Shown here piece after piece: positions 1-9,943 of a stretch of 64,000 nucleotides of DNA. The notes beneath the pieces were generated by a model. That model had not been told where the DNA came from. It was given only the letters and a program-made list of their open reading frames with translations, and made no database searches. The position numbers and the translations under genes were made by a program. The first letter of the stretch is position 1, and every line of letters starts with the position of its first letter. The stretch comes from Terriglobia bacterium (GTDB lineage Bacteria > Acidobacteriota > Terriglobia > Acidiferrales > UBA7541): NCBI GenBank assembly GCA_963695545.1, contig OY968796.1, positions 800,001 to 864,000 of the forward strand, written 5' to 3'.

Positions 1-618
1 GTCGTGCCCGATTCGCTCGACAAGACCGGCTTCATCGGACGCGGTGATTCCCTCTTGCCGCGCGCGGGCGAAGGCTTCGAGAAGCAGCGCGGCGTGAAAC
101 ACCTGCGGCGTCTGCGCCAAGACCACCCGCTCGCGCGGGATCGTCGCGGTGATCAGCGCGACGTCGCCGGGCAAGCTTGCGCGCTTCACTTCCTTCACCG
201 TATCGAGAGCGGGCACGCCCAAAATCGCGGCGCCGCAGGCGCGCGCTTCCGCGATCACGCGATCGACTTGCTCGCGTTTCACCAGAGGGCGAACCGCGTC
301 GTGCACCAGAATCAGATCCGTATCGCGCTGGACTTCAACGAGCGCGGCGGCAACGGAGTCCTGCCGCGAATTGCCACCGGGCAGAACGCGCACGGTTTGG
401 CGAATCGGTTCGAGTTCCAGACGCGCGCGCAGGCCGCGCACTTCTTCGGCGCGCGTGGGAATAATAAAGTCGGTGATCGCCGCGCATTCGGCCAGGCGCC
501 GCAAAGTGAATTGAACCAGCGGCACACCATCGAGCTCGAGAAACTGCTTGGGCGTATCGGCGCCCATGCGAGTTCCGTAACCTGCGGCGGGCAAAATCGC
601 GACAATGCGTTGCGTCAT
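1..618 (-). CDS. ispD: 2-C-methyl-D-erythritol 4-phosphate cytidylyltransferase (3' end runs off the window)
   Basis: My translation from ATG at 618 (not in the ORF track): MTQRIVAILPAAGYGTRMGADTPKQFLEL...GGNSRQDSV...ILVHDAVRPL, the IspD AAGxGxRM, PKQF, RQDSV and VHDAxRP motifs. Confidence 0.93.
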   Translation of the reverse strand, partial: MTQRIVAILPAAGYGTRMGADTPKQFLELDGVPLVQFTLRRLAECAAITDFIIPTRAEEVRGLRARLELEPIRQTVRVLPGGNSRQDSVAAALVEVQRDTDLILVHDAVRPLVKREQVDRVIAEARACGAAILGVPALDTVKEVKRASLPGDVALITATIPRERVVLAQTPQVFHAALLLEAFARARQEGITASDEAGLVERIGHD

Positions 619-794
619 GGTTCAGTCCCGGACAATCCGGGGGCAGAAGTGTACACCCTGCGGAACGGCAGATAAACACGGCGAACATCTTTTGCAACGA
701 TGCGAATTCCGCAAATGTTTTTCGCGCAACTGTGATATAGGTGCGCAGGCGGCTCGGAGAATTCGCGGAATAACCGAAGGTCGCGGAGGAGAAT

Positions 795-1298
795 ATGCGA
801 TCCATACGATGGGGAATCCTGCTGGCGGCGCTGGCAATTTGCGCGCTGGCGAATCCAAATACAACACGCGCCCGCGTGGCGGGCCAGGGAGCGGCGGACA
901 TGCCGAAAACCGCGGAGTCGATGGGCGTTCTGTATTTCCCGGCGGCGCAGGTGACCGCGGCGCTGCAGAATGGCACGACGCTTTTGACCGGCGACGGGTT
1001 CGATTACAGGTTGATTGGCGGCCGGCACAATTCTCCCGGAGGCGTGGAATTGCACAAGAAAGAGACCGACGTTTTCTACGTGGTGGACGGTTCGGCGACG
1101 TTCATCACCGGCGGCACGATCACGGGCGAAACCGCGTCGTCCTCGCCGGATGAAGTGCGCGGCACGGGCATCGACGGCGGCGTGAGCCACGAACTCTCGC
1201 AGGGAGACGTGATCGTGATTCCCGCGGGAACGCCGCATTGGTTTAAGGCCGTGCCCTCGATGATTCATTATTTCGTGGTGAAGATAAAAACCAACTGA
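795..1298 (+). CDS. Secreted cupin-domain protein
   Basis: N-terminal signal peptide; cupin motifs ELHKKETDVFYVVDG and GDVIVIPAGTPHWF; SD GGAGGAG upstream. Confidence 0.8.
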   Translation: MRSIRWGILLAALAICALANPNTTRARVAGQGAADMPKTAESMGVLYFPAAQVTAALQNGTTLLTGDGFDYRLIGGRHNSPGGVELHKKETDVFYVVDGSATFITGGTITGETASSSPDEVRGTGIDGGVSHELSQGDVIVIPAGTPHWFKAVPSMIHYFVVKIKTN

Positions 1299-1384
1299 GC
1301 GATCGAACCTCACGAGCTTTCTCCACGCGCCAGGTGCTAAGTCGGGCCCGCCCAGGGTGCGAGAAGACGGGCGCGCTAGCAGTG

Positions 1385-1560
1385 CCCCCGCCCGGTACCC
1401 AGCTCGTAAAAAATTGAAAATAATGGACTTCCAGGAAAAGTATGCCTTAGGAGTGCGCAATTGACTGAAATAAAAGGCCTTAGCTGGAGGTACATGTGCC
1501 ACGCTTTCAGTGATACGCGCAGGCTTCTGGAATCTCCTGAAAATAAATAACGTAGAAGGG
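1385..1560. repeat. Dispersed AT-rich intergenic element, copy A (most diverged)
   Basis: Shares CCCGGTACC, CTTCCAGGAAAAG, GAGTGCG and CTGAAAATAAAT with copy B in the same order. Confidence 0.7.
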
Positions 1561-1621
1561 CAAGAAAGGGATTCCACAGAGAAGGCGGGGATTTCGAATA
1601 TCTTTTCGAGTGCCGCCCTTA

Positions 1622-1650
1622 AGCCTAACACAAACCTAGCTCCGAGTCAA
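1622..1650 (-). promoter_or_regulatory. Sigma70-type promoter of element copy A
   Basis: Minus strand TTGACT (1650-1645), 17 nt, TAGGCT (1627-1622) with extended TGn. Confidence 0.55.
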
Positions 1651-1746
1651 GGGGGGGGCGTACACAAAAAATAGTGAGTTTGTCGAGGCTTCCTCGTATG
1701 GCGGACCCGTGCCTGCCGACTGACAATCGTAGCGGGGGCCCTCTCC

Positions 1747-2091
1747 ATGCGCACCGCAAGGCGTTTCATCGCCTCGTTCATATTGGCTTCGGCGCTTGCG
1801 ACGCCCATCGCAGCGACGACTGGGCCTGCGCCACCGACAAACGTCAGCGCGACGGTTCGAGTCTACGATCCGGGCCGCAGGGAGTATCACAACTGGGACA
1901 GCAACGAAACCCGCGCCTGGGAAGCGTACGTGCGAGAGCACCACGAGAAAGCGCACGCTTACGGCAAGTCCAGCGAGAAGGAACAGGCCAACTACTGGAA
2001 CTGGCGCCGCGCACATCCAGCCGGCCGTGAATTCAACCAGTCTCTCAGGTCGAAAACGATAGAACAGCGATACGCGTCGCCGGCAGCCTAA
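1747..2091 (+). CDS. Small secreted hypothetical protein
   Basis: Signal peptide followed by an aromatic/His-rich domain (YHNWD...EQANYWNWRRAHP). Confidence 0.7.
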   Translation: MRTARRFIASFILASALATPIAATTGPAPPTNVSATVRVYDPGRREYHNWDSNETRAWEAYVREHHEKAHAYGKSSEKEQANYWNWRRAHPAGREFNQSLRSKTIEQRYASPAA

Positions 2092-2300
2092 CGGACAGAA
2101 TATTAGTGTGAGCATTCGGGCCGCGCCGGCAGCTCCCTCACCTCCCACCGCGAAGCATGTCTCGAGCCGGCCTAGGCGCCGGGCCCAGCCACGGGCGTCG
2201 TTGGAGACTCAGCCGCTTGACGCTCTGGACGGCGAGGCCCAAACTGCGTGTACAAGCGAGAAAGTGCATCCGGCAGACGCTCGTGGCGCATCTTAAACAC

Positions 2301-3431
2301 ATGCCTTCGACATCTCCAAAACGGAGCCTTACCGCAGGACAGGTGTTTGCGGCATGGGGCAGAATCCTGACCGGGCACGTGCCGCTGCTTTCGATCGAGA
2401 TCACTCGCGAATGCCCCTTGGCATGTCCGGGATGCTATGCGTATGGGGAAACGCACCTTGGCGGCGGAGCGACGTTGCGCAGCCTTTCCGATTTGCGGGG
2501 CGATGCGCTGGTGGAAGGCGTGCTGGAACTGGTGCGCAAGCACAAGCCTCTGCATGTTTCGCTGGTCGGGGGAGAGCCGCTGGTGCGGCATCGCGAGCTG
2601 AGCCGGATTTTGCCGGCGCTCAGCAAGATGGGTATCTTCTCACTGGTGGTGACGAGCGCGGTGATTCCGATTCCGGCGGAGTGGATTCATTTGCCGCGTG
2701 TGCGCGTGGCGGTTTCGGTGGACGGGCTGCGGGAAGATCACGACGAGCGGCGGAAGCCCGCGACGTACGAGAAGATTCTGGAAAATATGGCCGGGCGCGA
2801 AGTGAACATTCACTGGACGATCACGCGGCCGATGCTGGCTCGGCCGGGATACCTGGAAGAATACGTGGCGTTCTGGAGTTTGCGGCCGGAAGTGAATCGC
2901 ATCTGGGTGAGCGTGTACACGCCGCAGATCGGCGAACAGAGCCCAGAGATGCTTCTGCAGGGCGACCGCGAAACACTCGCGCGCGAATTGCCTGCGCTCG
3001 CGAAGCGCTATCCGAAACTCTTATTCACCGAGGATCTGGCAAAAGCTTTCTTGAGTCCGCCGAAGAATCCCGACGATTGCGTGTTCGCGCGGATGTCCGC
3101 GAATTATTCGGCGGATTTACGCAGCCGCGTTGAGCCGTGCGTTTTCGGCGGCGCACCGGATTGCTCGCAGTGCGGCTGCGCGATCAGCAGTGGATTGCAT
3201 TGGGTGCGCACGGTGAAAGTGGCGGGGCCGCTAAAAGTGGATCACTTCATTCAAGGCTCGATGAATGTGGGACGATTTGTGAATCGTTTGCGCACGCGGC
3301 CCGTGGAACCGGAGCGCTGGACCGCGAAGATCGCGCCGATCGAGCCGGCAGACGAGTTGGTGCAAATCGGAATTCATGAAACCGAGCGAGCGCGGGCGGC
3401 CGCGGCGGGCGAGGAAAGTGGCTTAAAGTAA
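2301..3431 (+). CDS. Radical SAM protein with Cys-containing C-terminal region
   Basis: CPLACPGC (CxxxCxxC), GGEP motif, C-terminal CVF...CVFGGAPDCSQCGC; start taken at ATG 2301. Confidence 0.85.
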   Translation: MPSTSPKRSLTAGQVFAAWGRILTGHVPLLSIEITRECPLACPGCYAYGETHLGGGATLRSLSDLRGDALVEGVLELVRKHKPLHVSLVGGEPLVRHRELSRILPALSKMGIFSLVVTSAVIPIPAEWIHLPRVRVAVSVDGLREDHDERRKPATYEKILENMAGREVNIHWTITRPMLARPGYLEEYVAFWSLRPEVNRIWVSVYTPQIGEQSPEMLLQGDRETLARELPALAKRYPKLLFTEDLAKAFLSPPKNPDDCVFARMSANYSADLRSRVEPCVFGGAPDCSQCGCAISSGLHWVRTVKVAGPLKVDHFIQGSMNVGRFVNRLRTRPVEPERWTAKIAPIEPADELVQIGIHETERARAAAAGEESGLK

Positions 3432-3458
3432 CGGTTCGTCATTCCTCTTCACAACTCT

Positions 3459-4037
3459 TCAATCGGCGATTACTTTCTCGATGCGGCGGTCGGGAACAAA
3501 CCACACGATGGCGACGACGCCGTAGAGCGCGATGGACAGCCACGGCTTCACGAAAGCGAGCGGAATTGCAGCGACGTAAATCGCCAGCGAAGCTTGTCCC
3601 TTGAAATCTTTTCCCAGGGCGTGTGCCAGCGCGGAATCGGGGCCTTCGTGCGCGACGAGCGTGTGGGCCAGGATGGTGTAAGCGATCGCGCACATGAACA
3701 GTACCGCGCCGTAAAGCGCCACGGGCCGCGAAGCCGTATAGTTTTCGCCGAGCCAGGCTGTGGCGAACGGCGTGAGCGAAAGCCAGAACAGTAAATGAAG
3801 ATTGGCCCACAGGATCGGGCCGTTGACGGTGTGAATGGCATGCAGCATGTGATGGTGATTGTTCCAGTAAATTCCGACAAGAACGAAACTCAGAACGTAG
3901 GTCAGGAAGACGGGAATCACCGGATCGAGCGCGGCCAAATTCGATCCGTGCGGCACCTTCAATTCCAGCACCATGATGGTGATGATCACGGCGATCACGC
4001 CGTCGCTGAAGGCTTCCATGCGGCTCTTGCTCATCAA
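3459..4037 (-). CDS. TMEM175/DUF1211 family potassium channel
   Basis: Signature RxEAFSDGVIAVIITIMVLEL; six hydrophobic helices. Confidence 0.9.
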   Translation of the reverse strand: MMSKSRMEAFSDGVIAVIITIMVLELKVPHGSNLAALDPVIPVFLTYVLSFVLVGIYWNNHHHMLHAIHTVNGPILWANLHLLFWLSLTPFATAWLGENYTASRPVALYGAVLFMCAIAYTILAHTLVAHEGPDSALAHALGKDFKGQASLAIYVAAIPLAFVKPWLSIALYGVVAIVWFVPDRRIEKVIAD

Positions 4038-4061
4038 AACTTCTCCTCAAGCCTAAGCGCG

Positions 4062-6842
4062 CTAGGCCTGGCGGACCACGTAATAGGGCTGATTCGACAG
4101 GCTCGGCGGCAATAGTCCCGGATAGAGGCTCGCGCCTTCGGTCTTGCTGTGCAGCTCGAAATAATATTGGAGAGGATAGGGCGATTGCGTGTAGTCGCCG
4201 GGAATTGTGGCGACGAAGCGACCGGCCTGGAATTGCATGGGCGCGACGGCCCAGTGCTCGGCTTGATTGACGTGTCGATATTGCAGGCGAACGGTGAGCG
4301 ACGAGGGCGCGGCGTTGACGACGGTGAGCGCGATCGCGAGCGGCGCGCCGGGGTGGAAATTTGTGCTTGGCGTATGACGACAGGGCAATTGCACACGGCG
4401 CGGGCGCGAAAGAACCTCGCTGACTGCAGCGCGCGCGGTTTCGCTGTGCTGCTGCGAGGGCGGCGGTATCGCGGCGTCACTTCGCGCTTGCTGCGCGCGC
4501 TTCTCCATGTCGGCGATGTCGTCGTCGATGGCGGGCAGGCGATCGAGCCAATGGCCGCGCACTTGCGGGTCTGGGCCGTAGCTCACGTCAGAAACATAGA
4601 GTCCGCTCGCGCTCTCGGCCGCTGCGGCCCAGGCGTTGCGCGCCGTGCGATAGGCCTTGAGCGCGGCATCCAAAGCGGACGCGTCGCCGGTTCGGTCGTA
4701 AATGCTCCAAAGCACGGCGCTGCGGAATTTGCACGCGAAGAAGTGGCCGAGGTCGGCCTGGATCGCGACGTCGGCGCTCAAGCGGCGAAAATCGAGATTC
4801 GCTTGAACGCTTGACCCACTGCCGGGCGCGAGCGCTTCGGCTTGCGCGAGCTGCTTTTCGGCTGCGAGCGCGAAATCTTCCATCCATTGCGCGACTTCGA
4901 GCGGCGAATATTTTCCGCTGCGCGGCGCGCTGCTGAGGATCTCGGCTGCGTAATCGTCCACGCCCAGGAACATTTGCGGATCGCAGGGGCTCACGGTGCC
5001 GAATCGTTTGGGCTCGGGCGTGTCGGAATACGGATTTTTTCGCGTGGCATCCACGATGGCCATGTTCGTATACATTTCGGGCCAGTAGTTGTTGTTCGAG
5101 CGCGAGGGGCCGTGCGCGGAAAGCAGCAGCGGCAGGATGCGGCTCGCGCTGGCAAGCGCGGATTCGGCGGGCAGTGCTGCGGCGCCAAAATTGTGGCGCA
5201 GCGCGCGGCGCCAAATCTCGGGATCGGAATCGGGATTATAGAGAAGGCGGCCCCACAGTCGATATTGGTAAAGATATTTTTGCCAATCGTATTCGGGGTC
5301 GAGGGCGTGGTTGGCGTAAGCGCAGCGGCCACCGGGATGTCCGGAACCCATGCGGCCCTTGAACGAGAGCGGCTCAAAAACTTCGGCGCCGAGGCCGCCG
5401 CAAAAACTCGAGCGTCGGCCGTAATCGGCTGCGATCTGCGGATCGCCCCACAATAATGTTCGCTGCGTGCCGGGCCAAACGCGGTAGAGCACTCCGTACG
5501 GCCGATTTTCTTTCAGCAGATCGCCGTAGCTATAGCGCAGGAAACGGCGCTCGCCGTTGCTGAGCGACATTGTCTGGAAAAAACTTCCGGGATTCTGGCT
5601 GCTCGCGGGCGGCGGGCTGCCATATTCCATTTCGTGAATGGCGGCCTGGTGATAGCCGAGGCCGAGATGCTCGGCCCAGAATTTCGGCGAGATGGTGATG
5701 GGCAGACCGGTGGCGAGAGCGACGTCGATGGTTTTCTGGTCCATACCCTTCGCATGCATGTCGATTTCGACGCGGCGGCCTGCACGCACGGCGCCATCGA
5801 AAACGGTTTGCCAGAAATCGTAGCTGCCTTCGGGGATGCCGCTTTCGCCGTGAATGCGGAAGGTGACGCCGCCGATCTCGGGGCAGGCTTTGAGCAGCGC
5901 CGTGAGAGCGTCTCGGCAATACGCGGCGTGAGTTTCGGGCGTTAACCCCTCGATCGTGTAATTCGCGTCGGGACTGGTGGTCCAGTGATAGGCGTGGGTC
6001 CAGATGCCGATGCGGAAGTCGAGACCGCGCCGTGCGGCTTCTTCGCCGATGAAGCGCAGCGTGTCGAGATTGCGGTCGCGCTCGGCGTCGGGGAGAGGAA
6101 CCGCGCGCACGTCGTAACCGGGCACGGAAACCAAGAATGGATACGGGAAATAAAAATAAACGTCGGTTAGATTTCGCGGCAAGTTGTAACCGAGGCCGAG
6201 CGTGAGGCTGAAGCGATTGAAGCGCTGCGCAGCGAGCATCGAAAGATACGCTTGCCACATGTCTCGGTCGTAAAACCACGGCTTGTCCTCAACGTCGCTC
6301 TCGAAGCAGCGCATGATGCTGCGAACGGAATTGGCGGGGCGCTCGATGATCGGATCGCGAATCGCAAGCGCGTCCATCGGATCGGACGCGTGCGAGACGC
6401 GATCGGCGAGCTCGAGCAAAGCGTAGACCAGGCCGCGCACATCGCTGCCGCACGCGAGCACGAGCGGTTCGGCTGAAGGCGGCGCGTGCGGTGCAGATGC
6501 GCGCGCGAGACACAGCGCTTCCGGCGCATCGGGAACTTTCAGATGCAGGCGGGCGAGAATTTCCTGAGCGGCGGGCGCAGCTGCGCCGGCGACCAGAATT
6601 ACGAAATCGCCGGCGGATGGATCGACGTGTTCACGGCGGTGCACGGCGACGCCGCGCGTGGTCAAGGCGCTTTCGAGCTGCGCGGCGGCCCACGCCGATG
6701 GGCCGGCGGAGGCGATGGAATCCGCGGGATCAATAACGATCGAGACGCCGGGGGCGTCAGCGGCGGCGCGATCAGAGAGGCCGAGAACCGCGGCGGCTAG
6801 GGCCGTGTGCTTGAGGAAATCGCGGCGCTTCATTTTTGTCAT
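4062..6842 (-). CDS. Large Tat-exported protein, probably glycoside hydrolase-like
   Basis: KRRDFLK twin-arginine signal; GSDVRGLVYAL...P...R segment like the GH20/GH67/GH115 N-terminal domain; 926 aa. Confidence 0.7.
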   Translation of the reverse strand: MTKMKRRDFLKHTALAAAVLGLSDRAAADAPGVSIVIDPADSIASAGPSAWAAAQLESALTTRGVAVHRREHVDPSAGDFVILVAGAAAPAAQEILARLHLKVPDAPEALCLARASAPHAPPSAEPLVLACGSDVRGLVYALLELADRVSHASDPMDALAIRDPIIERPANSVRSIMRCFESDVEDKPWFYDRDMWQAYLSMLAAQRFNRFSLTLGLGYNLPRNLTDVYFYFPYPFLVSVPGYDVRAVPLPDAERDRNLDTLRFIGEEAARRGLDFRIGIWTHAYHWTTSPDANYTIEGLTPETHAAYCRDALTALLKACPEIGGVTFRIHGESGIPEGSYDFWQTVFDGAVRAGRRVEIDMHAKGMDQKTIDVALATGLPITISPKFWAEHLGLGYHQAAIHEMEYGSPPPASSQNPGSFFQTMSLSNGERRFLRYSYGDLLKENRPYGVLYRVWPGTQRTLLWGDPQIAADYGRRSSFCGGLGAEVFEPLSFKGRMGSGHPGGRCAYANHALDPEYDWQKYLYQYRLWGRLLYNPDSDPEIWRRALRHNFGAAALPAESALASASRILPLLLSAHGPSRSNNNYWPEMYTNMAIVDATRKNPYSDTPEPKRFGTVSPCDPQMFLGVDDYAAEILSSAPRSGKYSPLEVAQWMEDFALAAEKQLAQAEALAPGSGSSVQANLDFRRLSADVAIQADLGHFFACKFRSAVLWSIYDRTGDASALDAALKAYRTARNAWAAAAESASGLYVSDVSYGPDPQVRGHWLDRLPAIDDDIADMEKRAQQARSDAAIPPPSQQHSETARAAVSEVLSRPRRVQLPCRHTPSTNFHPGAPLAIALTVVNAAPSSLTVRLQYRHVNQAEHWAVAPMQFQAGRFVATIPGDYTQSPYPLQYYFELHSKTEGASLYPGLLPPSLSNQPYYVVRQA

Positions 6843-6928
6843 AAGCAGCGCACGCTCCTGCTAAGGGCCGCGAGTGCGGCGCGCATGAGCTTCTCATGGG
6901 TGCGAAGGCGGCGAAAAGAAGAAAAAAT

Positions 6929-8248
6929 TCAATCGCGCGAGGAGTCCGGCAGTACCGGACGCGATGCGCGTTCGGCGGAAGTGTCCCCGGCGGACGAGCG
7001 CGAAGAGGAATCCGCTCGCGGGGATTCGCTGACAAATCCCGCCCGTCCGCCGACGGCTGGCACGGACGCGCCGGAGGATGCTGCGGCGGCCGATGCCGAT
7101 GCGGCCGACGCAACGGGACTTTCAGCCGCGCCGGAAACGGCGCGCGACGCGTGCTCGGAGCGTTCGTCCAAGCGGCCGAAGATCATTTTGCCGGCGGTGG
7201 TCTGATGCACGGACGTGACGGTGATGTCCACGGTCTTATTGATCATTTTTTTGGCGTTGTCCACGACGACCATCGTGCCGTCATCGAGATACGCCACGCC
7301 CTGATTGTATTCCTTGCCTTCGCGCAGGATAAAAACGCGCATGGATTCGCCGGGAAGCACGACGGGTTTGAGCGCGTTAGCGAGTTGATTGACGTTTAGA
7401 ACTTCAATGCCCTGCAGCGTGGCGACTTTGTTGAGATTGTAATCGTTGGTGACGATGGTGCCGTCGTAGCGGCGAGCCAGTTCGATCAGCTTCAGATCCA
7501 CGTCGGGAATCTGCGCGAAATCCTCCTCGGTGATTTCGACTTCGAGGTGCGGCATCTTCTGAATGCGCTGCAGCACTTCGAGGCCTCGGCGGCCGCGCTG
7601 GCGTTTGAGCGAATCGGCGGAATCGGCCACGAGTTGCAGTTCGCGCAGGACGAAGCGCGGAATCACCAGCGTGCCTTCAAGGAAATGCGCCTCGCAAACG
7701 TCGGCGATCCGGCCGTCGATGATCACGCTGGTGTCCAGCACCTTCGAGACGCGCCGGCTGTTGCGCTCGCTGCCGAACACGCCGCCGAATGCTTGCAGGT
7801 TAAGCATGTCGCCTTTGGTCGCGCCGAGCACGAGGCCGATGTACATCATCACCAGCAGAACGCCCACGCCGAGAAACGATCGCGAGCCTTCCGGAATCGT
7901 GGTGTGCGCGAGAACCAGATTCAGCAGCAGCGCCGCGAGCAATCCCAAAATCGCGCCGACGACTGCGCCGATGAGACGCCGCATGCTGGCGCGCTGCAGA
8001 CGAATCTCAAACAAAATGACGGCCAACGAAAACACGAGGCCCATGCCCGCGCCGGCGTCGGGCTGGAGACCAAAGGGATGGAAATGAAAACCGGCCGCAG
8101 TGCAGGCAGTGGCGAAGATCGCGCGGACAAGGAAGAAATCCCACCAGGTGCCGAAAATGCGGCCGCGAGTCGCGCTTGATTCAATTCGCTGCGCCGATTG
8201 CGGCGACTTGGCCGGGCCCTGCTCGAAACGAGTAGAAGTGCGTGTCAT
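6929..8248 (-). CDS. Membrane-anchored PIN/TRAM domain protein (YacL-like)
   Basis: N-terminal TM helices; [14 protein letters not shown] motif; [23 protein letters not shown] motif. Confidence 0.92.
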   Translation of the reverse strand: MTRTSTRFEQGPAKSPQSAQRIESSATRGRIFGTWWDFFLVRAIFATACTAAGFHFHPFGLQPDAGAGMGLVFSLAVILFEIRLQRASMRRLIGAVVGAILGLLAALLLNLVLAHTTIPEGSRSFLGVGVLLVMMYIGLVLGATKGDMLNLQAFGGVFGSERNSRRVSKVLDTSVIIDGRIADVCEAHFLEGTLVIPRFVLRELQLVADSADSLKRQRGRRGLEVLQRIQKMPHLEVEITEEDFAQIPDVDLKLIELARRYDGTIVTNDYNLNKVATLQGIEVLNVNQLANALKPVVLPGESMRVFILREGKEYNQGVAYLDDGTMVVVDNAKKMINKTVDITVTSVHQTTAGKMIFGRLDERSEHASRAVSGAAESPVASAASASAAAASSGASVPAVGGRAGFVSESPRADSSSRSSAGDTSAERASRPVLPDSSRD

Positions 8249-8508
8249 GAGATGTGCCTCGCACTTTATAAAAGCGCGCGCGCCGGACGACTGAATGAAT
8301 AGACAAAAATCCCCGGGGAGAAAAAAGAGCGTGTGACCGACCCAGGGCCACTGTCTCCGACTGCCGCACCCAATTTGTACGCCCGGAATACATATCCGGA
8401 CTTAAGTTCAGTTTCGATATTCTAGCACGGAGCGAGGCGATGGGAACGAGGATCGAAAGGATTGACGCCATACGATACATTTTCCGGCGCGGTGGCGCGG
8501 AGCAGCGA

Positions 8509-9723
8509 TCAATCCACGTAGAAGCGCGGAACGCGCTTGCCGATAGCGCAAAGCAGATCGGAGCTGACGGTGCCGAGCGTGGCGGCGACTTCGGAGACCC
8601 ATTGCGAGGCCGCGCCGTCTGCGCCGTAGAGCGTGGCGACGTCGCCGGATTTCACGCCGTCGATCGCGGTGACGTCGGCAGTGGCCAGATCCATCGAGAT
8701 CGTGCCGACCAGCGGCGCGAATTTCCCGCGCACGATGGCGCGGCCGCGATTGGTGAGCGAGCGCAGCAAGCCATCCGCGTAACCAGCGGAAATCACGGCG
8801 ATGCGCGAAGGGCGCGCGGCGGTCCAGCGCGCATTGTAGCCTACGGCCCCGCCCGCGGCGACGTCGCGCAAAAGCACGATGCGCGCGCGCAGCGAGAGCG
8901 CGGGACGCAGCGGCAACTTCGTTTCCATCTCGGCGCGGCGCTCGGGCGGATCGTAAAATTGGTGATAGCCATAGAGCAGCGCGCCGGGGCGCACCATGTC
9001 GGCCCAGGTTTCGGGGCGCGCGCCAACGGCGGCGCTATTGGCCATGTGCACGAGGCCGGTCGGGATGCGAAGCGCGCGCAAGCGCTCGAGCGCGTCGGCG
9101 AAGCGTGCACGCTGCTCATCAGTCTGCGACGACGTGAGCACGTCGGACGAGGCGAAGTGCGTGAACACGCCATCGAGCCGGACGTGCGGGGAATCGGCGA
9201 GGGCGCGCGCGAATGACGGAATTTCTTCGGGCGAAACGCCGAGCCGATTCATTCCCGAATCTATTTTTAGATGAAAGCTCACCGCGCCGCGCCGGCGGCG
9301 CGCCGCGGCGCGCTCAAGCCAGCGCAGTGTTTCAAGCCCGGTAACCGCAGGCGTCAATTTGTGTTCGAGCAAGGTTTTTTCTTCGCCGGTCCAGAAGCCT
9401 GTCATCACCAGAATTGGCGCGCGCACACGGGCCGCGCGCAATTCCGCACCCTCGGCGGCGCTGGTGACGCCAAACCAATCGGCGCCAGCGCGTTCGAGCG
9501 CCCGCGCCACGGGAGCCGCGCCGTGACCGTACGCGTCACCCTTCACCACGGCGAGCACTTTGCGTGGGGCAGAGCGCTTCTTCGCCGATTTGCCGCCCGC
9601 GTTCGCCGGCGGCGCGCCGGGCGCATTCACGTAGCGGCGAATCGCGCGCAGATTGTGGGCCAGCGCGCCCAGACTAACCTCAGCCCAGATGGGCCGCCCG
9701 TCGAAATGGATTCGAGGCGCCAT
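8509..9723 (-). CDS. alr: Alanine racemase
   Basis: AVVKGDAYGHG PLP lysine motif, HLKIDSGMNRLG, GYADG. Confidence 0.95.
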   Translation of the reverse strand: MAPRIHFDGRPIWAEVSLGALAHNLRAIRRYVNAPGAPPANAGGKSAKKRSAPRKVLAVVKGDAYGHGAAPVARALERAGADWFGVTSAAEGAELRAARVRAPILVMTGFWTGEEKTLLEHKLTPAVTGLETLRWLERAAARRRRGAVSFHLKIDSGMNRLGVSPEEIPSFARALADSPHVRLDGVFTHFASSDVLTSSQTDEQRARFADALERLRALRIPTGLVHMANSAAVGARPETWADMVRPGALLYGYHQFYDPPERRAEMETKLPLRPALSLRARIVLLRDVAAGGAVGYNARWTAARPSRIAVISAGYADGLLRSLTNRGRAIVRGKFAPLVGTISMDLATADVTAIDGVKSGDVATLYGADGAASQWVSEVAATLGTVSSDLLCAIGKRVPRFYVD

Positions 9724-9943
9724 TCACACTCCCTTCATCGCCGCACGCACAATTCTTTCATTGCACGTAACGGACCAGAGTAGTTCAAGACCGCCGCCGA
9801 CGCAAAAATGGGTTGCGCAGAAGGGTAAAGGGAAAGCGGGCGAAGATAACTTCCGCCTTACGTACTGTGGTGATTCCTCGGCGCACATCAGCAACTTCGC
9901 ATTGTGACACAGGATTCGGGCCGGCGCGGGCGAAGAAGAACGC

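Noticed and set aside
9724..9943. 220-bp dnaB-alr gap with GCGGGCGAAGA twice, as a possible ncRNA
   Set aside because: No recognisable RNA family or convincing promoter-terminator pair
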